The notes beneath the pieces were generated by a model, which worked only from the letters and a program-made list of their open reading frames with translations, searched no databases and was not told where the DNA came from. Shown here piece by piece: positions 40,618 to 48,660 of a stretch of DNA of 64,000 bases (positions within the stretch are counted from its first letter, which is position 1; every line of letters begins with the position of its first letter). The DNA is from Acutalibacteraceae bacterium (GTDB lineage: Bacteria > Bacillota > Clostridia > Oscillospirales > Acutalibacteraceae): positions 18,847-82,846 of the forward strand of contig JAZRKE010000010.1 of assembly GCA_045646145.1 (NCBI GenBank), given 5' to 3'. Both the position numbers and the translations under genes were made by a program.

Positions 40618-41004
40618 ATGAGAAACTATTCAAAACAGCGTGAGGTGGTGCTAAAAGTATTATGCAGCACCGATACCCACCCAACAGTAAATTGGATATA
40701 CGAGCGCTGCCGTGAACAGCTGCCGCGCATTAGTCTCGGCACCGTCTACCGAAACCTGACCGAGCTTAAAAACGAGGGCAAAATAATTGAAATCGGTATG
40801 GGCGACGGCCTTCAGCACTTCGACGGTAATCCTGAAGCTCATCTGCATTTCAGTTGCAATAGGTGCGGCGGAATTTTTGACTGTATAAGTCCCGACGAAG
40901 AACTAAAAGCATTTATTGAAAAGGAACTCGGGTGTAAGGTTACTCATCAGAAATTGCTTTTTAGCGGAATATGTAAAAACTGTTCTGCTGAAGATATAAA
41001 TTGA
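40618..41004 (+). CDS. perR: Fur family transcriptional regulator (PerR-like)
   Basis: 128 aa, HPT...IY....ISLGTVYRNL wHTH, with CNRCGG and CKNC zinc sites. Directly upstream of rubrerythrin. Confidence 0.8.
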   Translation: MRNYSKQREVVLKVLCSTDTHPTVNWIYERCREQLPRISLGTVYRNLTELKNEGKIIEIGMGDGLQHFDGNPEAHLHFSCNRCGGIFDCISPDEELKAFIEKELGCKVTHQKLLFSGICKNCSAEDIN

Positions 41005-41031
41005 TTAAAATTAATTATGAGGTGTAAAATT

Positions 41032-41574
41032 ATGAAAAAATTTGTATGTACTATCTGCGGTTATACTCACGAAGGAAATTCTGCTCCCGATGCCTGCCCA
41101 CTCTGCAAGGCTCCGGCTTCTAAATTCCAAGAGCAGGCAGGCGAAAAGACCTGGGCTGCCGAGCATATTGTAGGCGTAGCTAAGGGTGTTGACGAGCGCA
41201 TTATTGAGGGGCTTCGCGAAAACTTCAACGGCGAATGCAGTGAAGTTGGTATGTATCTTGCTATGGCAAGGGTTGCTCACCGCGAGGGCTATCCCGAAAT
41301 TGGTCTTTACTGGGAAAAAGCCGCTTACGAGGAGGCTGAACATGCCGCTAAGTTTGCCGAGCTTTTAGGCGAGGTTTTAACCGATTCGACAAAGAAAAAC
41401 CTCGAGATGCGTGTTGACGCCGAGAACGGCGCTACAATGGGCAAATTCGAACTTGCAAAACTTGCAAAAGAATTAGGCCTTGATGCGATCCATGACACCG
41501 TTCACGAAATGGCACGTGATGAAGCAAGACATGGCAAGGCATTTGAGGGACTTCTCAACCGTTACTTCAAATAA
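41032..41574 (+). CDS. rbr: reverse rubrerythrin (N-terminal rubredoxin-like CxxC..CxxC, C-terminal ferritin-like diiron domain)
   Basis: [11 protein letters not shown]...CPLCKAP followed by E..E..H diiron helices ([10 protein letters not shown]; [11 protein letters not shown]). GAGGTG RBS before ATG 41032. Confidence 0.9.
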   Translation: MKKFVCTICGYTHEGNSAPDACPLCKAPASKFQEQAGEKTWAAEHIVGVAKGVDERIIEGLRENFNGECSEVGMYLAMARVAHREGYPEIGLYWEKAAYEEAEHAAKFAELLGEVLTDSTKKNLEMRVDAENGATMGKFELAKLAKELGLDAIHDTVHEMARDEARHGKAFEGLLNRYFK

Positions 41575-41577
41575 GCA
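41518..41577 (+). repeat. att-like repeat copy 1 (functional 3' end of rbr; attL)
   Basis: Encodes [18 protein letters not shown]. Shares the 15-nt core TACTTCAAATAAGCA (41563-41577) with the copies at 50167-50181 and 52312-52326. Confidence 0.8.
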
Positions 41578-41615
41578 AAAACCCTTGTAAATCAAGGCTT
41601 TTTCGGAAATTAACA

Positions 41616-41650
41616 AAGGCACAGGATTTCAGTCCTGTGCCTTGTTTTTT
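41616..41650 (+). terminator. intrinsic terminator downstream of rbr (element-borne)
   Basis: aaggcacagga-tttcag-tcctgtgcctt + gT6. Confidence 0.8.
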
Positions 41651-41838
41651 GTGTTTGGTGCGAGTGCGAGTGCGAGAAAATCGCACGAAAATCAAATATT
41701 TTAATGCCTTGGGCGAACGAAAGTGCGATTTTCAAAAATCATCCGATAAAATCCGATGAAATCAGCACAAAACTGAAGATGTACGAAAAAGTAAGAGACA
41801 GGACCCGAAAGGACCCTGTCTCTAAAAATTTGCTCATA

Positions 41839-42288
41839 TCAATTTTCGTTTAACTCGGCATTTCCGTCATCCTTAGCATAGAGATTCAGAGTGTTATAAT
41901 AGTTAATAATCATTCTGTGCTTGTTCTCATTGCCCTTGACAATGTACTTTGGATTGACTTGATATACTCCGCTATGGATTTTTCGCAGAAAATCATTTTT
42001 CAATAATGTTCTGAAAGCGGTAGCAACTGTTTTTTCAGAGATTCCAGTTTTCTTTGCAACCTCTTTGTATGTTCCGATGAATGTATTATCGCTCTGTTTG
42101 ATGTGTTGCATGATATACAAAACAACATCCAACTGCTTACTGTTTGAAATGATACCCATAATGGTTAAAATATCGCTCAGCCAGATTTTCCAGAAGTTCT
42201 GACTTGAAACCTCTTTGTCAATCACAAGGTCCATGACCTCGCCCGTCTCACGGTTAACTGCATATGCATCTTGATATTTTCGGCTCAT
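41839..42288 (-). CDS. repL: RepL-type plasmid replication/maintenance protein
   Basis: 149 aa. QNFWKIWLSDILTIMGIISNSKQLDVVLYIMQHI..SDNTFIGTYKEVAKKTGISEKTVATAFRTLLKNDFLRK..SGVYQVNPKYIVKG parallels pSN2 RepL (GNFVKAYIVQLISMLDMIGGKKLKIVNYILDN...TREIAKATGTSLQTV...) as I recall it. Confidence 0.75.
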   Translation of the reverse strand: MSRKYQDAYAVNRETGEVMDLVIDKEVSSQNFWKIWLSDILTIMGIISNSKQLDVVLYIMQHIKQSDNTFIGTYKEVAKKTGISEKTVATAFRTLLKNDFLRKIHSGVYQVNPKYIVKGNENKHRMIINYYNTLNLYAKDDGNAELNEN

Positions 42289-42895
42289 CCTCCTTTGTCC
42301 TCCTTTCCATTGTATTTATCGTGTGGTTTTGAACTGCTCCATGGTAAATATGATGGAAAGGTTTTTTATTTGAGTGAAAACAGGTAAAATTTTTGCCCCT
42401 AAACAAGTAAGATTTTACCTCAAGAGTGGTAATATTTTACCTGTTGCAAAAGTGCCAAAAATCACTGTACTATATGGGTTTTTCGGTGTTTTCGGAAGTT
42501 GCTCCCTCTCTTCTTATATTCAATACCGATATTTTATCTGTAACGTTCGGATTGATAAAAGAAAAAGCAAATGCCAAAGGTAACGGCGACTGGCATTTGC
42601 GAAAGAGCAGAGTTTGCAAAAATAGTTATGACGAAATTTTTATATTCGGCACCTGTTGCGCCGCTTCCTGGTACCATGCAGAATTTTCTGCTCGTGTATG
42701 TGGCGAGAAGATTCTAAGCATTCTGTGGGGTTTTTCTTTTCCACGAGTTGCCGGCGATACCGCCACAAGATGTTCCTGTGTGTTTTTTATTGCGGACCGT
42801 TCTGTAAAACGGTCCGTTTTAGTTTGTTGGTTATTTCGGCGGCAATCCAAAAAGAAAGAAAGGACCGAGGTTCGGTCCTTTCGTGTGGGAGTGTA

Positions 42896-43216
42896 TCATT
42901 TGTTGTCGATGTGGTTCAACAGCTCTCCGAGGCGGTCACGCTCTGCCACAAGATGTGTGTAGAGTGATTTTGGTTTGATTCTTGCACCGCCTGTCTCCGC
43001 TTGTTTAATGTGGTGGTCCAGTTCTTTATAGTGCTGTCTGGTTGCTTCAATGTCCAGTGTCAGAGATGTGGGTTTTGCCCTTTTTGGCATTGGGTATTTT
43101 TTTACAAGTACGGTCATAACCAACTGATTGACAGAAGTACCCTTTTCATCAGCAACCGTTTTCAGATGGTTAATGTATTCCTCTTCGCAGTAAATGCGAA
43201 AATCCTTTTTGCTCAT
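42896..43216 (-). CDS. hypothetical protein, possible ribbon-helix-helix DNA-binding protein
   Basis: 106 aa. N-terminus FRIYCEEEYINHLKTVADEKGTSVNQLVMTVL resembles a beta-strand/helix/helix CopG-Arc pattern. AGGAG RBS. Divergent from mob. Confidence 0.5.
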   Translation of the reverse strand: MSKKDFRIYCEEEYINHLKTVADEKGTSVNQLVMTVLVKKYPMPKRAKPTSLTLDIEATRQHYKELDHHIKQAETGGARIKPKSLYTHLVAERDRLGELLNHIDNK

Positions 43217-43801
43217 AAAATCGCTCCTTTCGTAATACCTAAGATTTGCCGTAACAGGTGCGACCTGTTGGCAAATGGGCGGTTTAGGGTTTTTATACCT
43301 AAACCGCCGCGAGATGGCATCAAGGCCGACTCGCTCAAAGCAAGTATGAGGGAATTGCCAATTTTTTTGGCAATGAACCGAATGCTTGCTTCAGTTCGTG
43401 TCCTATGCTGAGTTTAGGCATCAATGACTAAACGAGGACAGGACGCGAACCAATAAAAGAGACAGCAATACACCACCACGGCGAGGTGTATTACACTGTT
43501 TCTTTTGGACGGGGATTTTTAAGGGGCGAAGCACCTTAAACGGTTCCAAGGCAGCGCCTTGGCTCACTCATAACGGACGTTATGTGTAGTGAGTGCATAG
43601 AACATCATTTTTATGAGGTTAGTATCAATCATACTTATTTTGTCCGCAGACGAAATGAGGATGATTAGATACGGGTTGACGAATATTGCTCCAACACCGT
43701 CCGAGGTGTTGAGAGGAATGTTTGGCAACAACAAGAAGCAAAGCAAAACTTCACAAAGTTTTGTTTTGGTTCTGGCTCATGGAAAGGAGGTTATAGGCAT
43801 T

Positions 43802-44818
43802 ATGAGCACAGGAAACAAAGCAATTTTTCGTGGTGCAAAATTGAACAGAGGCCGTGGAAAAACTTCTGTCGGAAGTGCATGGAGGCATCAAGAATTCCAC
43901 GAAAAATCTGCCGACATTTCGCACCCAGAATTATCACATAGAAATGCCACGAAACGTTATATAGAGAGTTATGATTTACTCCGCAAGAAAATCAATCAAA
44001 TCATAACTGACCACAACAAGCGAGCAGACAAGCAACGAGCAGAACTTTTAGCAAAAGGCATCAAAAAGAATCTGCCAAGGCGATTGAGAAAAGATGCTGC
44101 AGTTGCCTGCGAATGTATCTTCACATTCAGTCCAGAGATGGCAAGCAAAATTCCCATCAAAGAATGGGTCCATGCAAACCAAGCATTCATCAGACAAGAG
44201 TTCACAAGCAAGGGAGCGACACCTGTACGAATAGACTTGCATATGGACGAATCCTGTCCACATTTGCACTTCATTTTTTTGCCAACCACCAATGATGGAA
44301 GACTATCAGCAAAGGAATTTTTAGGTGGTGCCGGAAACCTCAGTCAGATGCAAGACCGCTATGCAGAGGCAATGGAACAGTTTGGTTTAACTCGTGGATT
44401 CTCTCGCTATAACCAGTATCAAGCGGTTATGAATATGGCGGTCAAAAATGGTTATGAGCAAAGTTCTGAAGGTGTCCGCAAATTCTGCATAGACAATGAC
44501 CTGCCAATTCCAGAGCGACGCCGACACCAAAGCAAGCACCAATGGCTGGCAAAACTGGAGGACCATATCCACGATTTGCAAGCACAGAAAAAAGAGATTG
44601 AGAGACAAATAAAAATCGCCGAGGACAACCTCGACGAAGCATTGCAAGTCAATCTCCAAAGACAGCGCGACGAATACAAAGCACGATGTGAGCATTTAGA
44701 ATCATTCGTGCAATCAAAGGACATGAAACCGCTGTGGGATACCTGGAACTTGATGAACAAAGGCAAATCCCACCCAAAAGCAATGGATGAAGATGATTTA
44801 TTCAACTCCCTTGAATAA
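43802..44818 (+). CDS. mob: MobV-family relaxase (plasmid recombination enzyme Mob/Pre)
   Basis: DLHMDESCPHLHFIFLP (HxDE...PHxH) motif and a coiled-coil C-terminus. AAGGAGG RBS before ATG 43802; the ORF-track start is 189 nt upstream. Confidence 0.85.
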   Translation: MSTGNKAIFRGAKLNRGRGKTSVGSAWRHQEFHEKSADISHPELSHRNATKRYIESYDLLRKKINQIITDHNKRADKQRAELLAKGIKKNLPRRLRKDAAVACECIFTFSPEMASKIPIKEWVHANQAFIRQEFTSKGATPVRIDLHMDESCPHLHFIFLPTTNDGRLSAKEFLGGAGNLSQMQDRYAEAMEQFGLTRGFSRYNQYQAVMNMAVKNGYEQSSEGVRKFCIDNDLPIPERRRHQSKHQWLAKLEDHIHDLQAQKKEIERQIKIAEDNLDEALQVNLQRQRDEYKARCEHLESFVQSKDMKPLWDTWNLMNKGKSHPKAMDEDDLFNSLE

Positions 44819-44872
44819 ATGTCGCACTCCATCAAACTTAAGATACAAAACAAATTGCAAGGAGGTAAAAAC

Positions 44873-46186
44873 ATGGATAAAGAGACATTAAGCAACTATG
44901 GATGGATTGTGATATGTGTTTTGGTGTTAGCAGTAATGATTGCTCTTGCAACTCCGTTTGGAAATTTCATTTGCGATGCAATATGGAGTACGGCAAATGG
45001 TCTGTTTAATACAAACAACAATGCACTGGATAACACTCTCGAAGATTTGGGAGTTGTGCCAACACCAGAGCAGTTGCAGGCAAGATATAAATTTGAATAT
45101 TATAGCACTTTGAACGGTGCGGTTAATGATGTCAACAATGGCACAATCGGAACAAATGCAGATGCGAACAAAGAGGATGCTGTCGCAGGAATTTATACAA
45201 ATGCAGGTCAGACATATGTGGTTCTGTTGAAAGACACAACAGAGGCAACAGTAGTGCAACCATCCGTGGATATGACCATCAATTTGGGAGGACATACATT
45301 ATCGGCGAATGATGACTATGGCATCAAAGTCTTGGGTGGCAATGTGAAAATTGATGGACGATTAACTGGAAGTTCCATTGAAATTTCTCGCTCTACTGGT
45401 AATTATGCGATGGCAATTTGGATTGAAAGTTCCGCTAATACTATTGTAGATGGCGGTATATATATCGGAGAATATATTGGTTCTAATATAAATCTCGCTA
45501 TCTATAATAGAGGTACGGCAACTTTTTCTAATTGCGACATTGTGGGAATATCTTCCGATGGGACCGCTGCCGGTGTGCAAAATAATGGTACGGCAACATT
45601 CGATAACTGCAACATTAAAGGTTATGCTAACTACACATACGGCGATGTTTCCTACTATGGCTCAAGTTCCATAGGCATTGTAAATCAAAATGTTCTAACC
45701 CTCAACGATTGCTATGCTATGGGAACACATTCTGGTATTACAAACCGTGGTGCTTTATATATCAACGGCGGTATCTATGAGGGGTATGGTCATGGTGGTA
45801 TTTATTTCAGCAATATCAATGCACCAGCATATGTTTGCAATGCAACAATCAGAGAATGTCAAATGCCAGATGGATACACCGTAACAGCAGGAGATAATAA
45901 TGCAGGTTTTTATATTGGTGGTTCTGCAGGAAAAGATAATATTGTTGTTTACATGGATAACTGCGACATTTATGGCAGTGTACAACCAATTGTCCTCCGT
46001 GGCTCTGATGGTGAACAAAACAACTCTCTATATATCAGTAATTCCAGAATCAATACTGAACGAAACATTAGAATCGACAATAATACCCACAGACTATATA
46101 TCGGAGTGGGTAACAATTTCACTGTCGATAATACAACCCTACCAAGTGCTGTTGTCACAACCAACGAAACATACACTCAGAAATAA
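44873..46186 (+). CDS. membrane-anchored protein with predicted right-handed beta-helix repeats, function unknown
   Basis: MDKETLSNYGWIVICVLVLAVMIALATPFG TM anchor, then repeated G..I/V.N.G.(A/L)T..NC.I motifs (NRGTATFSNCDIVG, NNGTATFDNCNIKG, NQNVLTLNDCYAMG, NRGALYINGGIYEG). GGAGG RBS. Confidence 0.65.
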   Translation: MDKETLSNYGWIVICVLVLAVMIALATPFGNFICDAIWSTANGLFNTNNNALDNTLEDLGVVPTPEQLQARYKFEYYSTLNGAVNDVNNGTIGTNADANKEDAVAGIYTNAGQTYVVLLKDTTEATVVQPSVDMTINLGGHTLSANDDYGIKVLGGNVKIDGRLTGSSIEISRSTGNYAMAIWIESSANTIVDGGIYIGEYIGSNINLAIYNRGTATFSNCDIVGISSDGTAAGVQNNGTATFDNCNIKGYANYTYGDVSYYGSSSIGIVNQNVLTLNDCYAMGTHSGITNRGALYINGGIYEGYGHGGIYFSNINAPAYVCNATIRECQMPDGYTVTAGDNNAGFYIGGSAGKDNIVVYMDNCDIYGSVQPIVLRGSDGEQNNSLYISNSRINTERNIRIDNNTHRLYIGVGNNFTVDNTTLPSAVVTTNETYTQK

Positions 46187-46190
46187 CATA

Positions 46191-46224
46191 AAACGGTATG
46201 AGGAAATTTCCTCATACCGTTTTC
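46191..46224. terminator. perfect palindromic bidirectional terminator
   Basis: aaaacggtatgagg-aaattt-cctcataccgtttt between convergent genes. Confidence 0.8.
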
Positions 46225-46230
46225 TTTCGT

Positions 46231-47319
46231 TTATTCTTCATCATCAGCATCCATGTGCATTTCCAGTCTGTAATAAATGTCAATGTCACGGATAATATCA
46301 TCAATATCAGAATCGCCCAGTTCAGAAGTCCACTCTTTCAATTCGTTGATAGTGATAACTTCCTCAATAGCCTTTTCGTATCGCTCACGAATAACTCTCA
46401 TGCCGTTTGCACGTTCTTCGATGTATGCTTCAAGGTCTCTGAGAACTGCCCGTTTACTGCTGTTGGTCTTGATAACAAAGGAAATCGGGAAGTGCATAAC
46501 CTTGTCAATATCAAGCAGATATTTATCATAACTGCTGACCTCGGTAACTTGGAAGAATCTGCCCACAGGTCGCATTACAAAGTCAATGCCACCATCATTT
46601 GCATTAGTTCTGCCAGTTTTGAACAGCTGCAGTTCTTCCTCACGGATTGTATCAAGGGTATAGCCAAAATAAACCTTGATGTTTTTGTAATGGTTTCTCA
46701 GAATGGCATAACTGATAATTTCAAAGATTCGTGCCTCTGCATCCTCGTTCAAAAGGGCGGTAATCTGATTCTTTTTCTCTGTATAATCAGTCAGTTCCTG
46801 CATCTCCTGCAAAATCTGAATCAGTGCATGGTCCTTTGCAATCAGCAAATCAATGTATTTTTCAATTACCTTAACGGCAGTTTTGCTGATGTCAGTCTGA
46901 CCAACATACAGGTAATCAATATGTAACAGATACTTGCCGTTATCAATGATAATCAAATCGTTGGTGATGGTCGGGAATTTATTCTTAAATTCGCCATTCA
47001 CACGAGAATTGAGGGCATGGTTCTGCAACTTGCTACCGCCGTACAGACTGCGGTAGTGGTTAAACAGTTTCATATAATCATAACCGCCGAAATTTCTGTA
47101 TCTGTCCGGCTGGTTATAGAAATCTGCTTGGTAAAAATGCAGAATGGAGTAAATAGCATAGATGTTTGCAAGACTTCTTCTTGTCTTGCTATTGCCATGT
47201 ACTGCCTTCATCTTTTTGTCCAGATACTGCAAAAGCAAACTGGAATCATATATTTGTTGGAAGTTGTCGGGATGCTCCGCTTGGAGTATCTCTTTCACAA
47301 ATTCTTCGGTAATTCTCAT
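46231..47319 (-). CDS. putative restriction endonuclease partner of the adjacent methyltransferase (family not recognised)
   Basis: 362 aa, begins 1 nt after the methylase stop. The C-terminal half has EARIFEIISYAIL...TGRTNANDGGIDFVMRPVGRFFQVTE, loosely Mrr-cat/PD-(D/E)xK-like. Confidence 0.5.
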   Translation of the reverse strand: MRITEEFVKEILQAEHPDNFQQIYDSSLLLQYLDKKMKAVHGNSKTRRSLANIYAIYSILHFYQADFYNQPDRYRNFGGYDYMKLFNHYRSLYGGSKLQNHALNSRVNGEFKNKFPTITNDLIIIDNGKYLLHIDYLYVGQTDISKTAVKVIEKYIDLLIAKDHALIQILQEMQELTDYTEKKNQITALLNEDAEARIFEIISYAILRNHYKNIKVYFGYTLDTIREEELQLFKTGRTNANDGGIDFVMRPVGRFFQVTEVSSYDKYLLDIDKVMHFPISFVIKTNSSKRAVLRDLEAYIEERANGMRVIRERYEKAIEEVITINELKEWTSELGDSDIDDIIRDIDIYYRLEMHMDADDEE

Positions 47320-47320
47320 A

Positions 47321-48280
47321 TCAATCCCTCACGTACTTGGATTTTGCGGAGGTCTTTCGTACCTTCTCTTTTACAAGTGCCTTTCCGTTGTATTCTGTGG
47401 CAATGCCAGTTCTTCTGAGGCCAATTTCAAAGTATTCCTCATTCATATCAATACCAACACCAACTCTGCCCAAACGGACAGCAACGGCAGATGTTGTAAA
47501 GGACCCAGAGAATGGGTCAAGCACTACATCGCCGGGATTGGAAGATGCTTTGATGATTCGCTCCAAAAGTGCCTCGGGTTTTTGCGTCGGGTGGTTTTCG
47601 TATTCCTCCATCTTGAAACGAACACGACTGAAATCCCACACATTCCCTGGAACCTTTTCGGTATTGTAAGGCTGCGGAGGGTCTTTGCGATAGTCAATCA
47701 ATTTTCTGGTGGCGCCAGTCTTTGCCTCTACCATAATGTCTTGATGGTTAAAGGTGTATTTTGCCTTTGCACTCTTGTTAATCATCAAAATGGGTTCATA
47801 CAGAGAACCATACATTTTCTTAGATTGAACACCGGAACTGTCATAGGTCCAGACGATTCTGCAAAGAACATTATATTTTTGAGTTGCATATATGTCGAGA
47901 TATGGCATGTGCTGAGTGGCGGTCATAAAATACATCGAACCGTCATCGGTGAGGATTCGCATACATTCATCAATCCACTCTTTGCACCAGTTAATATATG
48001 CCTCAACGGTTTCCCATTTATCTTGGTTGTTTCCAAAGTCTTTGCCTATGTTGTAGGGTGCATCTGCAAAAATCAGTTTTACGGAATTGCTTTTTATTTT
48101 TCTGAGAACTTCAAGGGAATCTCCGAGGATTGCCATTGAATTGTTGCTGTGCATTTCAGTAATACCATCTGTATCAACAAACATATCTTCAAACGGATAT
48201 GCAGGAACGTCTGCAGGAACCACAACAGGGGCATCGACCTTGGTTTCTTCTATGAAATCAAAACTCAGTTGTTGGTCCAT
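47321..48280 (-). CDS. beta-class N6-adenine/N4-cytosine DNA methyltransferase (PF01555-like)
   Basis: Motif IV variant IFADAPYN precedes the SAM motif VLDPFSGSFTTS. Start at the ATG preceded by GGGAGG (MDQQLSFDF...). Confidence 0.85.
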   Translation of the reverse strand: MDQQLSFDFIEETKVDAPVVVPADVPAYPFEDMFVDTDGITEMHSNNSMAILGDSLEVLRKIKSNSVKLIFADAPYNIGKDFGNNQDKWETVEAYINWCKEWIDECMRILTDDGSMYFMTATQHMPYLDIYATQKYNVLCRIVWTYDSSGVQSKKMYGSLYEPILMINKSAKAKYTFNHQDIMVEAKTGATRKLIDYRKDPPQPYNTEKVPGNVWDFSRVRFKMEEYENHPTQKPEALLERIIKASSNPGDVVLDPFSGSFTTSAVAVRLGRVGVGIDMNEEYFEIGLRRTGIATEYNGKALVKEKVRKTSAKSKYVRD

Positions 48281-48660
48281 GACACTGTTCCTCCCTTGGG
48301 TAAACACAATAATTTACATTATAGTATAGCACAAAGAATCGAAAAAAGCCATAGGTCCCAGAAAAATGTCGCAAAGTATTTACAAAATTTCCTCATAAAC
48401 ATTTCTGTATATAATACCGATAACACGGAGAGCGATTCTGCGGTTTGCAATCGTGGAATTATCGGAGGACCGCCCCAACGATATTATATACAGTAAATTA
48501 GTGATATTATATACAGAAACTTTTTAGCATTTCCGCTGTACGGCGGTTATTTTTATTTATGAGAGAATTTTGTAATTCTGGACCCTGCCTCTTCCAGGCG
48601 GAACCGGTTCAGAATCATCTGCAGATAAAATCAAAACGGACCCTTTTCGGGTCCGTTCTG

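Noticed and set aside
41659-41760. Short tandem repeats ((gtgcga)x3 and atccgatRaa x2) considered as a possible CRISPR or minisatellite.
   Set aside because: The units are 6-10 bp with no spacers, which is far too short for CRISPR. I interpret them as protein-binding repeats of the element arm.
42426-42962. 178-aa plus-strand ORF inside the IME non-coding stretch. Overlapping ORFs occur at 42374-42583, 42656-42967 and 42626-42850.
   Set aside because: The start is TTG/GTG without a Shine-Dalgarno sequence. The ORF reads through two intrinsic terminator hairpins and into the oppositely oriented RHH gene, and its composition is Cys/Arg/Ser-rich. I treated the region as non-coding.
47162-48139. 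325-aa plus-strand ORF, and the 242-aa ORF at 46198-46926.
   Set aside because: These are antisense shadows of the methyltransferase and nuclease-like genes, whose minus-strand products carry recognisable motifs. No RBS is present.
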